Source of the DNA: Antedon mediterranea
Taxonomy: Eukaryota; Animalia; Echinodermata
Length of the DNA: 64,000 bases
NCBI RefSeq assembly: GCF_964355755.1
Contig: NC_092678.1
Coordinates: 3,116,422 to 3,180,421 of the forward strand
Direction: 5' to 3'
Part shown: positions 10,571-24,555 of the stretch, piece by piece
Position numbering within the stretch: the first letter of the stretch is position 1
How the letters are laid out: every line of letters starts with the position of its first letter
Translations under genes and position numbers: made by a program
Notes under the pieces: model-generated
Told to the model about the DNA's origin: nothing
Seen by the model: only the letters and a program-made list of their open reading frames with translations
Database searches by the model: none

Positions 10571-13500
10571 ATCCCTTACTAATCAAAACATGAGCACTAT
10601 GTCATGAACAAGGTCAATGACAAGGTCATATACAAGTTGTATAAACTATGTAAATCCCTCTAACTATCATAACAGAGATCTTCTATTGTATGTGTTCACA
10701 CAGCTGGAAGGTAGAAAACAAGAAAACACTAAGGTGTCAACTTCATTCATTTATTCATTACCAATACAAAGTTTAAAGTTTAGACTGTTTAATTGTTTTA
10801 TTTTACACCATCTTCGGGCTGTGAGCAAATAGTTCAATAGTGTGAATAAATTACCTTCATTTGCAGAAGGTACCTGTACAAATGTGAATAACCAGATGAA
10901 GGTGTACGGTTGTTGAAATCACCAAGAACACCATTTAACCAGTCTACTATCCGTTTTAGCTGCAATGCAAATAACAGATCATAATGTACTGTCGTAGCCA
11001 GAGTGCATCGCATTTGGGTTATATAAATTTATAGTTGACAACCACTCAGTGATATACACGGTTTACAAATAAAATTAGTAACCCACATAATATTTAATTT
11101 TTATAATAAATATTTTACAATTAAAAGAGGACCTTACAAGTTTGGCTTTTTCGCCTTACTCTTATCAGGGTGCAGATAACTTCTGAATTTGTTTAGCCTA
11201 TTTATATTGGAACAATATGGTATATCAAGTGGAAACAAATGATAAACTGTAATAATAGAATTTGACCTAAACCAAATATTTGACCCAAAATCAAGTATTT
11301 GACCTAAATCTAGTAAAGATTAATTCTAGATTTGCAGTCACCTTCTATTCTAGTCTACTGTTGGTAAAATAACAGTAAAACAGAAAGTTCCATCAAGTGC
11401 CATCACAGAAATAGGTTTCTTAAAAATTGGATAATTATTCTATAAATATGAAGCGTTTAACCAGGTCATTTTCAAGGTACTGTAGTTTATATTATGTAAT
11501 GTATATTCTGAAAACTTGTTTACACCACCCATCGAGTGTGGCTAAGCCACCACCAGCTGCAAGGGTTATAACAGAAGTGGATCACTGTACTTAGTGGTAC
11601 CACTGTAAATCTAGTATTTACTTCTATAAAATGACCATCTGATAAAAGTATTTTACTTTAAACATTCAGTTGATGTGTCAAATCTGCCACTAAGAATCAC
11701 ATTCCCCATTGTCAAATAGAAAAGTCTTTGCTCCTCTACAACAAGAAAGTTGAAAATACAGTTTATATTTGTAAATGTTTACTCTTATTAAAATTACAAA
11801 ATTCACAGAAGTAAAATCAAATTTATGTATACTCATGACGTAGTGTTAACATTTTCTCTGTTAGGACTTGAATGTCATTTTAAATGTATGTTTCTGTTAC
11901 ATTCCTTGATAAAAGTTTAATTGCCCAACAATCACTTTGTCATTAGAAATGACACTAATCGCCATACAAATGCATTATTTTGCACATATTCTGAGAGTAA
12001 TGTTTGTTAAAATGTTCCAAATACCACCGTTTTGCTTCACTGGCTACCATATGGACATTATTTATAATCGCAAGAATTAAACATTCGTTTTTGCTGCAGG
12101 TAAGTTTGTTAATTGGACCCTAGCGAGATTTTGGTGAGTGTGTTTAGATTTTTGTGAAATCCTGCTAAGATTCCAGCTTCTTGATCATGAAGTTTAATTA
12201 GTTCAAATCCAACTTTGTCAACTTTGTCTTGTTGCTGATATTTATGTCTTTTTGCATTGCATCAATTGTACAGTATGATTAGTGTAGTGCCCTTCATTTG
12301 ATGCACCACATAACAGTAAAAAGACCTACAATTTGTATTTTAACCAAAAACTCTATAACATATTAAAATTATTTATATGCAGTGTGCATCTCATATTGTA
12401 CGTGACCAGATAAATATTTTAGAAGATTGATTTTTATTTGAATTCCTTTTTGGAAAATCCTAATTTTTTTTCATGAAAACATTTTCCTAACATCCTCTAC
12501 ATTTGACATTTAAGTCATAAAATTTAATTATTCTAAATGAAATTCCTCAATTTTGTTGAATCTGATTAATTGTCATGGCCTTTGAATTTGACTGGCAACA
12601 TGTTACACAACCTCCTACTGTTTTTATATCAATTCCTTGCTCCTGCATTCACTTTTTCTTTCATATTCCAAAGTCTAATATCGGAATTATCATACGTTTT
12701 CACATATTCATGGATTATACATTATTAAATTGAATTTCATTGCGTTTCACCTTGTGGTTATATGTACAGTGCAGTTCAAAGTCATCTTTTTTCAATGCTT
12801 TTTTATATTGTCTTTTATATACCCGTGTTGGTATTGTGCAGGCAGTATCCAGACAATTGAATTAATAGGACTACTGGTGCATGATTTATTTATTTATGAG
12901 TCTTTTTTAATAGTTCAATGCAAATAACTTCTTGATACTTCAACAAAAGTTTGTAGGCAACTTCCTTGTTTAAAGGATTTACATTGCACTCTGTATTTGC
13001 TTATGGTGAGATAGGAGATGTTTAAAGTTCAGGCCTATTAATTTGTGTTGACAATTTTGCTACATAAAGTGACCAACAAATGTTGCAATTTGGAGACGTA
13101 TCTGAGGAGGCGTTTGGACGGCGTTGATGGATACTTTTGGAAAACAAGGAATATAAAGCCAAGTGAATGTCACAGTGTCAACTTAATGCTTAGTTAAGAA
13201 CCATTAAAGGATTTCCCGCAATTATCGATAACTACAAACCAAGCAGTTGTTATATAACATTGAGACCAGTATTTTTTGCAAGAAATGACCTGTTAGTGTT
13301 ACAAACGTAGTTTATGTTAGAAAGACATTGTATTTGAAGACTGCTAAAGACTGTCATATTTCAACAATAAATACTTGGAACCAATCATTGAACGATGCCT
13401 CTATTTAACAAGAAGCAGACCTACAATGTACAACAAATTCAGTAAGGTTATGATTTCATTTGACGACCTCGATACAGTATTTCCAAATAATATTTATAAT

Positions 13501-14690
13501 CAAAGGTTTATATACAGACATTACAGTAAATACTGGTAAATGAAATAAAAACATGGTTTTGTCATTATACTGTAAATTTAACCAGCTGTTTTATTTACAT
13601 TTCATTAATCATTCCTTAGAGGTCATTAGAAAATTATTTTTATTTAAGTTATGAAACAAATTTATATCTGACACTTTTGGTCTATTTTTATATTTTTCAT
13701 GCTTAAAATAGTTTTTAAAAGTTAGAAACTTTCCCATAATATCAACCAATACCTCTCCCATGACCAAACTTAACTACCCCTTTTAGGGTTTGCAATAACT
13801 GTTGACACAACCACAGATGACATAGATTTCTAGGGATATACAGTAATTTTTGCATTTTTAAATGTCAACCTACATTTATATTATTTATAAATAATAAAAT
13901 GCCTTAAAAATAGTGGGATCTAGTTTATACTGGACTACATTACAATATACAGTTAATTTTACAATTTTTATCTAAAATATTAGGCAAATTAGAATGTTAT
14001 CACCTCAGAGTTCATCTGTACTTTGTTACACCCTTTATTCTCTGAACAAAGAAGGTTTATTATCAAAGATTTTAAAATATTATAACAAAAGAAACAATAG
14101 CTCTTAATACTAAATAGATAAATGGGTATTATTGTGAATGAGACAGAACTCTCGGGTTTATCACTGCACACCATAAAAAGTATCCAAATACGTTCTGTTC
14201 TTTCTGGTAAAATTCCCTATTATATTTCAACATACATTCATTCTAAATGACAAGTTATCTGCTTGTCATTCAAAATGGGAAATGTACAGTGAAACTGTTC
14301 TTAATTCAACATTGTACTATTAGCATACTGCAACAAATCTCTGCTAACACCTTTTGACGTATTAGGCGTGACAGGTCAGAAGTAAGAGATGAATAAACCT
14401 GTCTACTCAATTTCAGAGAATTAATGTCAAATCATTGTGAACTTTTCAAGGGCCTTTACCTGTCACTGAATTGTACCATTTAGTTGCTATTCTGAACCAT
14501 GTTTAAGCCCATTCTATTGTTCCAGTCCGATGTATAAGCCCATTATAAGAAGTAAGAATACTTTCAACTGTAATTATTGGTCTGACATTAAAGGTTGTTT
14601 CACACATGGACACAACTAACCAAAGGATGTACACAGTCATTATCATCCGAACTGTCACTTGTGTTGCATTCTAGTTGAAACCAAGCTTTA

Positions 14691-14851
14691 AGCCTTGTCT
14701 ACACTATCAAACTTTATGTGACAAAAAAATGTGATGTGCCCATATATGGACATGATGATGTCATATCACTTCCATGTTTGGGCATATCACAACCATAATT
14801 GGGCACATCAAACTTTTTTGTCACATAAAGTTTGATAGTGTAGACAGAGCT
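14691..14851. mobile_element. PIF/Harbinger-type MITE, family A, copy 2 (opposite orientation)
   Basis: TIR AGCCTTGTCTACACTATCAAACTTTATGTGACAAAAAA / TTTTTTGTCACATAAAGTTTGATAGTGTAGACAGAGCT, with TTA at 14688-14690 and 14852-14854. Confidence 0.88.
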
Positions 14852-15992
14852 TTAGTCTAACATTTTTAAGTACAGTATTGAAATGTTTTACTATTAACTA
14901 CATAAAGTACGTTATTATAACAACCAATAAAGTTGCCACTGTACTGAAGTAAAATAAATAAACTCGATATAAACAAATGTATTGTTTACACTCCAGCCTA
15001 GTTGGTTCACTTTATGTCGATATTATTGTTTATGTTTATGGATGGACAGATCACTCTTGTTCGTTTAGCGTCGTTGTCATTACTGCTAGAGAATGAAGTA
15101 ACTAATTAAGAATGGAATGACAGATAAGGCAGTTACTACACCACTAATTGGTTGTCGTACATTACACTGGGGGCACAAGAGCTGTGCATATAATTAAAGC
15201 GAGTCTGTGCTGTTGTTGGTATGCAGTACTGAGTACTTAATAAGAAAGCGACTATTTAATATTGTAATTAATTTTCTTTTCTAGGAATTTCTTCTGATAT
15301 AAAAGTGGATATAAAATACAGAATTTCTATATTATTATTTGGTCCAACGGTCATTTCATTTCTATTTTTAACCAACAATATGGTACAGTTGTCAGTGGCT
15401 AATGTGCACTGGAGGAACATGAAAAGGTCCATCAATAATTATTAAGGACAACAAATGATGGAAAATAAAAATGATATATATATTTTTGTTGTTGAGTGGA
15501 TTGATCATTTCAAGAATAAAGACAGAAAAAAGTTGATGGATATGTCATGGGTGGATTGATAATTAAAAGAAACGTTATTTCTATACAGTTGCTTGATCGG
15601 TCAATGGGTCATTCCTAAATGTTCAACCGCAGCAGTTCATGAATGAATGATTGTGCTACTTCCAAACTCACCTGTGTTTTAGGTGAAACTATAAACAGCT
15701 GGAGTAACACATGATCATATCTATAAAAAGTGTGAATTTCTACAGTTTTTTAATCGAATGGTTAGTGTGGTCATTCAATGAACTATTTTATATTAAGGTC
15801 AAAGTAACGATCAGTACCAAGCAGTAGCGGATCTAGGATTTTTAAATAGGGAGGAACCAGGGCCTAAAAATGATGAAATGAAATGAAATGAAGGGCTCAA
15901 CTTAACTTAATGTCCTATCTTTTTCATTACAATTTTGCGAAATTTAGGGGAAGCCGAATTTAGTAACAATACTTCTTTTCATTTTTATCTAG

Positions 15993-16016
15993 ATGTTTGT
16001 ACAAAACAAGAAACAG
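15993..16016 (+). CDS. Candidate 24-nt phase 2-2 microexon (CLYKTRN) of the IQSEC-like gene
   Basis: acttcttttcatttttatctag|ATGTTTGTACAAAACAAGAAACAG|gtagtt; length is a multiple of 3 and the phase-2 frame is open; donor only moderate. Confidence 0.35.
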
Positions 16017-16249
16017 GTAGTTTTAGAATTAGTTACAAATATTATGCAATCATCGAACGGTTTATATTACGTGATTGTATGAATAAATGCATTTGAAAAC
16101 ATGTGATCATTTTATTAAATTACTAGTCGGTAACTATGTCACTTTATAAACGTAACTAGGTGAGGATAAAGGCCTGGTTTTAGTAATGCAAGTCTCCGAT
16201 CCCTGTTTATTTTTTAGGAATAGAGTTACTTTAGGCTTTTTTGTATTCA

Positions 16250-16596
16250 GTATTGTCAAGGATGAATTGAGATTAGTGTTTAGTCTACTGTATCTTAGCT
16301 TACTTGGATAAAACCAGATAATATTAGTAGCCCTTTTTCGTCAAAGAGAGCGGTCAATGCAAAAAAGAAGATTGGGTTGTAATATACCCATATAAATCAA
16401 TGTTGTAGTCTGTGAACGCTTCCATTATATTGTATTGTCAAGGATGAATTGAGGTCAGTATTTAGTTTATCTTGGCTTACTGTACCTGGATAAAACCAGA
16501 CAATAGTAGTAGCCCTTCTTCGTCAAAGAGAGCAGTCAATGCAAAAAAGAAGATTGGTTTGTATACCCATACAAATTAATGGTATAGCCTGTGAAC
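16250..16596. repeat. ~182-bp tandem duplication
   Basis: gtattgtcaaggatgaattgag..ggataaaaccaga..cgtcaaagagagc..ctgtgaac starts at both 16250 and 16432. Confidence 0.9.
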
Positions 16597-18098
16597 CCCC
16601 GCTTCAAGTTGGAGCATCCTAGGATTTTTTCATGTCTTTTATTACTCATCACGTTCTCATTACGCATTGTACATATTCATCAATTTGGCGCTCATTCCTG
16701 ACAATATGACACAACTTTTGTTGAGACTGTTTCTGAATAAATCAGGTTTGTCTGAGTCACCACACTTAAAGTTACCTGTCACAAATGACGGAATATGCTA
16801 TTAGATGTGTGACTGCTCCCCCGGGGTTCTCTGCGGGAATGCACGTGTGCTAAGATTCTGACGCATTTTAACATGCATGTCCACTCGTAAAACTCATCAA
16901 AATGTTATCAATATTTGTAAACTTACGAATGAAAACAATTTCTCGTTGAAATGTTAAGATGCGACTCATTTGCTAAGGCCGTGCCTCCACACTACGACTC
17001 GGGGTTTTTTTCATAATGAGTCACAGATATTTTTCTGGAAATTTTCACATTCTTTTAGTTTTTGATGTGAATTTTATTCATAGATTTCTTTACTTCATAA
17101 TTTTCATCTTCTAAATTTATGGACATTTTTAAATTTCTAAAAACATCTTAAAATGTGTCTTTCATCATTTAAATTATTATTACTACTCAAATGTGAAGAA
17201 TATATATTAATTATAGTATTCTGTTTTATAAACATTTATTTTAAATTGAACTGAACTTGAGTTAGCTAGAATTTGTATTATTCTTTTGTTCACTTCAATG
17301 GCATTTTAGATGCTTTGTAATTCAAGTCTAAATTTCCTCATTTTCTCCATCTGTAATTGTTATGTAAATGAGTTTCCTTTTTCAGACTCTCTCGTAATTC
17401 TTGTAGCAAATTATTGATCTGGCGGTATAACACACCAGCTGTTTGTTTTCGTTTCCCGACAAAAAATATCCCTAAAAGCAATTTGGAACGACTTAGCCTT
17501 TTAAAATTAAAATCTTTTTCACTAATTGAAAAATATGAATTCATATGATTAAAGGAGCTCATAAGTAATTAGGAATTAGTCATACGTGGGGAAATTATTC
17601 CATGTGGATTTTCCTATCTCAAAGACATCAATACATTGGTCACGCTTGAGCGAATGTGGAGCTAATGAATGAAGATTGGTCGTATAGTCAAGTCAGATTT
17701 CGGCTAATATCCAACATTCTGGACTCTATACTGTATAAATCAACAACTACTGTATACGTACATATAAAGGCAGTGCAGGATCATTTTGTCGATAGTACAA
17801 ATCACCTGCGAAGGATTTGTACATATAGCCTTAGGATTTGGTTACAGATACATTCTGTGTGCATTGATAGTAGGAGTCACATCTATTTCATCTCACTGTT
17901 AAATCTAACAACTCGTTTTCCGTAAGAAAAGATTTCTGCTCCGTAAGGAAGATACTTGTGGAACTGATATTATCTGTATGTTTTGGCAATACGTCAGTTT
18001 TTGTTCCAACGTTTTATTTGGCATATCTTTCTTGGACTTGGCTCTGTAAGGAAAATATTCTTTGTAGGAATATGCTGTAGTTAGGAACTAATTTCAAA

Positions 18099-18133
18099 AT
18101 GGAGAGAACTAAATCTCCAGCTACTAAAAAAAG
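18099..18133 (+). CDS. Candidate alternative first coding exon (MERTKSPATKK), phase-2 donor
   Basis: AAAATGG start, 11 codons plus AG, then AAG|gtaaga; same phase as exon 6188-6474. Confidence 0.55.
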
Positions 18134-18902
18134 GTAAGATAATTAGAATCACATAAAGATAGACTCATGAATATAAGTTTGTTATTTAAAATTTGTATAT
18201 ATCCATATTTTGAGGTTTATTATTATTTATGTATATTGATCGAATTTTATACCCTGGCATTTTATGTATTTTATACTCACTTGTAGTTTTTTTTGTCAAA
18301 GTTATGATTATTATATAATGTATAGCTACTGAATCTTTGATCCAATTCAAAAGTTGGTCATTATATCAAACAAAGAGATTGATATCTAATCAATGAAGAC
18401 ATTATGAAAACAACTGACAAATTTTTGTTGTTATTTTCACACATTGTCGTGATTGAGTCTAGTTCAAGGCTAATCCATGCGTAATCCCCACGTTAACATG
18501 TCCACGATATTGTTGATTCAGGTCATGTTTTACTCGGTAAACGAACAGATGCAATCGCTTGCCTTATTAGTGCAATAATGGCTGGCTCGTCATTATTGCT
18601 TAGCAACAAAACCCTTAACAACAGTTAACTTTTTTCTCTATAATGCCATGATAGGTTTTTAGTTTAATTGCAGTATACTAATAAAAATTGAATGCTTTGA
18701 TCCTTATTGAACTTTAAAGTTGATCCGTCGATGGTAAATTGACGTATTTATAAAGATTGAAGAAGCTCGTAGTAACTATATTTTCATGCATATTGCACTT
18801 ATTTTGTACCAACATCAATTTTCCCCTCAAATCCGGACATCTTGACATTTGTTTTAATCTTTATTTTATACAGTTACACCTCCAACAGCGAGAAACTTGA
18901 CC

Positions 18903-19230
18903 ATTATAGAATAGTATACAAATAATGAATGTTTATGAGTGCAATGGTACAAATAATGGCACGAGGTGAATGATGAAAGGTTATATCAACGAGGCAAAGC
19001 CGAGTTGATATAACCTTTCATCATTCACCAAGTGCCATTATTTGTACCATTACACGAATACAAAACATTCATTATTTGTTTTATATAACATCTAGACGTT
19101 TTTTTTTCGTACACAAAAATTTTTCAAAAAGTACTATTTAACGATCGTTGAATAGTGCGTACTATTGCACGCCATGTGACCCACATTCGTCCAATCAAAT
19201 GACAGGAATTTATATAGGTGTTATATAACA
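18903..19230. mobile_element. Non-autonomous palindromic DNA element (Crypton-like hairpin)
   Basis: ~73-bp inverted arms (18918-18990 and 19004-19079) around GAGGCAAAGCCGA; TTATA(G/T)AA motifs at 18904, 19081 and 19221. Confidence 0.7.
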
Positions 19231-19271
19231 AACTATAATCGATCATGCTTGAAAAATAAGTTTCATTCATT

Positions 19272-19361
19272 GGGAGTGCAGTCCACCCTTACACTAGGGT
19301 TGAATTGAACCCTGGACCTTGGGATGGGAAGACATTTTAACCACAAAGCTACAGTTTCACT
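19272..19361 (-). mobile_element. Truncated copy (tRNA-like head) of the SINE family
   Basis: The reverse complement agtgaaactgtagctttgtggttaa..cccaaggtccagggttcaatt matches the head of 45238-45480. Confidence 0.75.
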
Positions 19362-19865
19362 GCTGAAGCAGTGTCTGAAATATTATTTCAGATACTACTA
19401 CAAATAATTCTTTTATTAATTTATTAATCTAGTTTTCATTTATTATACCCAAATCATGCTACCATAAAGGAAAAATAGGCCAGGTTGAGGGGCATTTAAA
19501 TTAATTATTCAAAACCACCTACGGTTCTCGTTCGTTAAATTGATTTTAGAATTACTTCACAATCCAACACTTGCTAGTTTCATATTTTATGAAAATATTT
19601 ATGGCTCTGTGATTTCTGAAATTGGTATTTAACATTATTTTAGCATACTGTTGCTATAAAAACTAATGTGTTCTATAATTGACAACTTCATGTTTTGTAT
19701 TGGTGACATACTTTTGAATAAAACAAATTAACAAAAACTCTTTTGGTAATATTTGATTGTGAAATTAAATTTTAACATTATTTTCAGTAATTGCATCAGA
19801 GGACATAATTTTGTTGGGTCTGAAGATGTCCCCTATGGTTCTCCTGTGTATGTCTATTTCTAACA

Positions 19866-19946
19866 ATGTACATTATGGAAGGCAATCACCGCCAAAAATA
19901 CAATTAAAAACATACAATATATTCGTGATTGCCTTCCATAGTACAT
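19866..19946. repeat. Short inverted repeat / mini-MITE
   Basis: TATGGAAGGCAATCAC (19874-19889) pairs perfectly with GTGATTGCCTTCCATA (19925-19940) and is extended by ATGTAC/GTACAT. Confidence 0.7.
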
Positions 19947-22900
19947 GGTTTGCTTTGTATTCTTATACAAAATAATATCTGAACCTATTTTATTCTCAAC
20001 TTTGTACTTCGTTTATTCCATTTTAACCCAAGCATTCTTGTATATTTTTTATAAAAAGTAAGATATTATTACATTTATTTTTACCCTGTCAGTATTCAAA
20101 ACACAGTTGTTACATTGGATGATTTATGTCCAAAGTGTGTCCTGCTCAACACAAGACATTCCTGTTGTATCTGCTCACTGATATACAATCCTTATGGTAT
20201 TTCTGTATGACTTCTATTAACTCTGGTTTTTTTTTTCAAATCAAACCAAAAGTTATTCAATACTGCAGTTGGTCAGCCATTGATGCATTATACTTGAAAT
20301 GAGTTTATAGAGGATAAACAGAAAGAGAGAACATTGATTATACACGATGGAATGAACAAGTCGGAAAAAACGAAGGAATAAGATAGAAAATACTTACTAT
20401 GATGAACAGAAAGGAAATGCAGTAGAGAAGATTAGAGTAGAGTAGAGTATTGGGTAGAGATGTGATCTGACTGAAGATAGGCCTACTGACATGAATGTAA
20501 GGAAAGAAGGAAGAAGATATACAGAAATAATGAATATATAAGGATTGAAAGATACATAGCATACAAAGATTAAAGGAAAGAAACATTAAGATCAACTATA
20601 AATGGAAAGGAAATATAAAGTATGCAGAGATGTAATATTGGAAAAAAAACGTAAAGAGAAAAATAGAAAGAACAGTATATGATAAACAGGAAAGGGTAAA
20701 TATGACTATACCGAGTAAACAATGATACTGTGTACAACGATAGGAGATAGAAAGAAGCTACAGTATTTCCATCTTGTGGATGTAATATTTTTGGATTTCA
20801 TTACTATCCATTGTCTCTTGGATGTTTAATGAATATTCTCTTTTATTATCATTCATCAATATTCTCCTTGCAATATCTTTTAGCATTGATTACTAAATTT
20901 GTTAATAACTATATTCATTTCCTGGTAATTCTTTTTAATCAACTTTCAGACATTTCATTCTTTCAGTAAGTATAATGCAATGTTTATTATTTCTTCAATT
21001 GTGCTGAACTTTCGATGTCTAGACAATAAACAAATTGATATTATTTTTACCTCAACTGTTTTTACTAACAAGAAAAAAAAAGTCCTCTTTCTAGGTAAAT
21101 CACCATTTATGGGTAAGTAGGTTTCTGATCTAATTTTGGTTGGTTCATAGAGCATTGCAGACTAAATGTTTCTATATTTCCAAAAAGGGTGATTTATGAA
21201 TTTGGTTGGTTTTAGACTACTTCTTTTTTTGATTGCCAGTAGCGTACCTATAATTTGAGTATAAACTTGTTGTGACAACAATTCACTGAAAATATAAGCT
21301 GTTGAGACTCTATTTTCCTTCTGAGCGCAAAGACTTTATAGTTACCGTACCATAATGTAAACTGTTTTATTATGGTGAACCCTTTCTTTATTACTGCTAG
21401 CAATTATGTTATTGAGGAGGTTGAAAATGTCAAAGGTCGAGATACATTTCTAGGAGCTACTTATGTGACCTGACACTCAACTTATGAAACATTCTGAAGG
21501 ATTGCATAATTAACAGTTGCCATGTTTACATTTTTGGATAGCAGATCTTACGGGTTACCATGGAAACCAGATGATAGACAGCAAGATCTTAATACCCTTC
21601 AAATTGTATTCCATGTTACTTTTATTATTTAAAGAAATATTGGAAAATATGAAAACAATTATTTTTTGTTGAAATTTATTCAAGAAATATTGTGAATAAG
21701 TAAACAGTAAAATAAAAATGGACTGGTTTACAATTGAAAATATATGTGCTGAAGAAAATAGAAAATAGAATGCTTGTTGTTCAATTTTCCAAATTTGAAA
21801 TTGAAGGAAAAACAAATTATTTCTATGTTTAAGAAATTACTTTTTCATATAATTTGCCATACTACAAGATCAAGATTATGTTCTTCTGAATGTTTCAGTT
21901 TTAAATTATCTTAAATTTTTATCTGACAATAGCGAAAGAACCATGGATTTAAAATCCATTGAAAGATTACTTTTTCTTTATTGGATTTTCTAAAATTAAA
22001 ATATAATCCTACAGATGAAATTACCATTATGTTAGAGTTGAACCAATTTCAGAACATGAATATAAAGTAATAGTTCATTCAGAAAATCCATTGAAATATG
22101 AAAATGGGAAGTTAAGCGCTTTTTTTTCTGGATATTTTGTTGTGGCGTTTTTAAAGTACTTTCTGTTTTAATCATGATTATTATTTTTTTATTATTTTAT
22201 ACACTAATTTCAACATAACTCTGTAAAATTTGAATCTGTAGTTTCAGTTAATATGCTTGTGTATTTACTCAGGCCAAGCCCCTTGTCAAATCAGTAATTA
22301 AATTCAAATGCCAGTGGAGGCTGATTTCAGTATACTCAAGTTGACTTCACTAAATTTATACAGAATTTGAATGCATCAGAAATTATCATGAAATGTTGCG
22401 AGAAAATTAATATGGACTGTAATTTTATGTACTGATCATACTACATCGTGTGATTGTTCCTTCGTGATTTCTTTCTGACTGAAGATTGTGAAATCCAACG
22501 TTTTAATAGAGAGAATATTTTAACGTAGCTTTCTAACACCGCGGTATTACATTGATTTTGATTGTGAATAATGTAAGTTGGATTTGCTATATTCATTATA
22601 GTTTAATAGCAGAGGGAATGGATTTATCAAGCAAGATGTGTTACCAACTCAATTGCAAAGAAGTTTTTCATTTTCTGATTGAGTAGAAATTGTGAATGCC
22701 AGTTCTACATGATATAGGTATTCAGTGGAAGAAACCTACAATTTATTCTTCAAAATTACTTGTTCATAGATGTATTGAAGAGGAGCTTTACTTTGTGTGT
22801 AAAGATTGAGGAGATTTTTTCAGCTTGGTCTTTTTTCTTTTCTCTTTCTTTCATACATTTCATCATTTACCTTCAAAGTTTTCAGGATTTCTCTCATCAA

Positions 22901-23048
22901 AGTATAATCAAAGAAAGTATTATCAAAAAGGAGAATCATCGACAATGTTCAAATCGTCAACAGCGTTTATTATATAAAATACACATTATCTAATATACAC
23001 AGTATAGAAAATTTTAAACATTTAACCTTTGACCTTTTATTCCAATAG

Positions 23049-23102
23049 AGACGCCCTCTGTGATTACGACATGGCAAGCCGTACAACCTGGTATATTGAT
23101 TT
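23049..23102 (+). CDS. Candidate 54-nt phase 2-2 cassette exon (DALCDYDMASRTTWYID)
   Basis: cctttgaccttttattccaatag|...GATTT|gtaagt; 18 codons, open in phase 2, clearly GC-richer than its flanks. Confidence 0.65.
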
Positions 23103-24295
23103 GTAAGTTTTTCTCATTTTCTGCAACCTGTGTGTTTTATCGTTTTGTGATGCATCCAATTTTCACATTTATATTTATTCACTTAGTCTTCTAATTTCTA
23201 ATTCTTCTAAATCCTACCTTTCTTATTTTAAAACTTATACAATCTCTTTAGTATTATATATTTCATATCATTTGCACCTGTTGTGCTATTGTTCATAATA
23301 AAACAATATAGTCCTTCTGTAATCATTACACACTATCACTTTCATATTTTATAGTTTCCTGTTGAAGAAATAACAATTGTGAAATTTATATTAAAATCTA
23401 AAAGAACAAGATTGTTAATATTTTCCAATTTGTTCTATCTACAATAACTGTTTGCAGTTCTCATCACTATCACTATGATAATATCATAATTACAACATTT
23501 ATCTATAATCATATTATTAGTAATGTGTTATTATAAACATAATTATGTGTATGTACAGTATTGTGTTGTGTGTGTTCAGAAGTTTCATTTCCTTCATGGA
23601 TCAACCAAACATGGTTTTATTAGCGTAAAGAGAAGAATGGAAACAAAATTGATGGTAAATTCTTTTAGTCAACTATTATTTTAAAAAGGAGGACGTGGAG
23701 GATAGATGCATGTTCGAATAATGTATGATTATCAATTTTTATTTATTCAACATATCAAGCATATTGCATCATCTAGTGTCGCGTACAATGCTTTAATCTT
23801 TCTATTAGTCAGTCCGATAAAAATGTGATTATAAAAAAACTCCTTAGACATTAAAAGAAAATGTCATTCATGTAAATATGAATACGTTGAACATTAGTAT
23901 GTGCAGTATTATATTGATTGTTGGTTATGAATTCAGAATATAACTAAGATTGAATATCATCTTTCGTAATCATAACTTTTCACTTTCAATTTAGTAATAA
24001 CAGTTAAAGGTCATTATAATAGTAATAACATCCTAGAATACAAAAATAATATATTTTATATCTACAGTAAATGTATCACTATACCAACATTTTGAAAAAA
24101 CAGGAGTTTGTCAGTTTCGGAGATTTACCAACCCCACCCCCACCACCACCACGTTAGGAGTGCAACGACAAGCGGGTATGCTAGAAAAATAGATAGTACG
24201 AATGGTGTAATAGACAATGTTATAAAGTGCTATGAGTCATTTAAGCTTTTTTGTAGTATTTTATTGCAGAAAACAACACATAAATATTAAAATTT

Positions 24296-24555
24296 GGAGT
24301 GGAGCTGTGGCTTGGTGGTTATGATGCTTGGCTACCAATCTAAGGGTCCTGGGTTCAAGTCCTGTCATATGTCAGGGTTTTTTTCTCATGACAATTTACA
24401 ACTCCAAAGACTTAATAATAAGTCTTTGTTTATGTAGAGCATCTTGTGTATATGTTTGTCTTGTGAAATTATTAAATAGTTTATCCATCCTGTAATTGGC
24501 GGGTTACTCGCTGTTGGATGAGTATGAAATAAAAAAAAAATAAATAAAAAAAAAA
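24296..24555 (+). mobile_element. tRNA-derived SINE, copy 1
   Basis: A box TGGCTTGGTGG, B box GGTTCAAGTCC, 3' stem-loop and A-rich tail; colinear with 45238-45480. Confidence 0.88.

Noticed and set aside
20300-20760. Purine-rich block with an 85-aa hydrophobic antisense ORF
   Set aside because: Low-complexity sequence with no splice or homology support.
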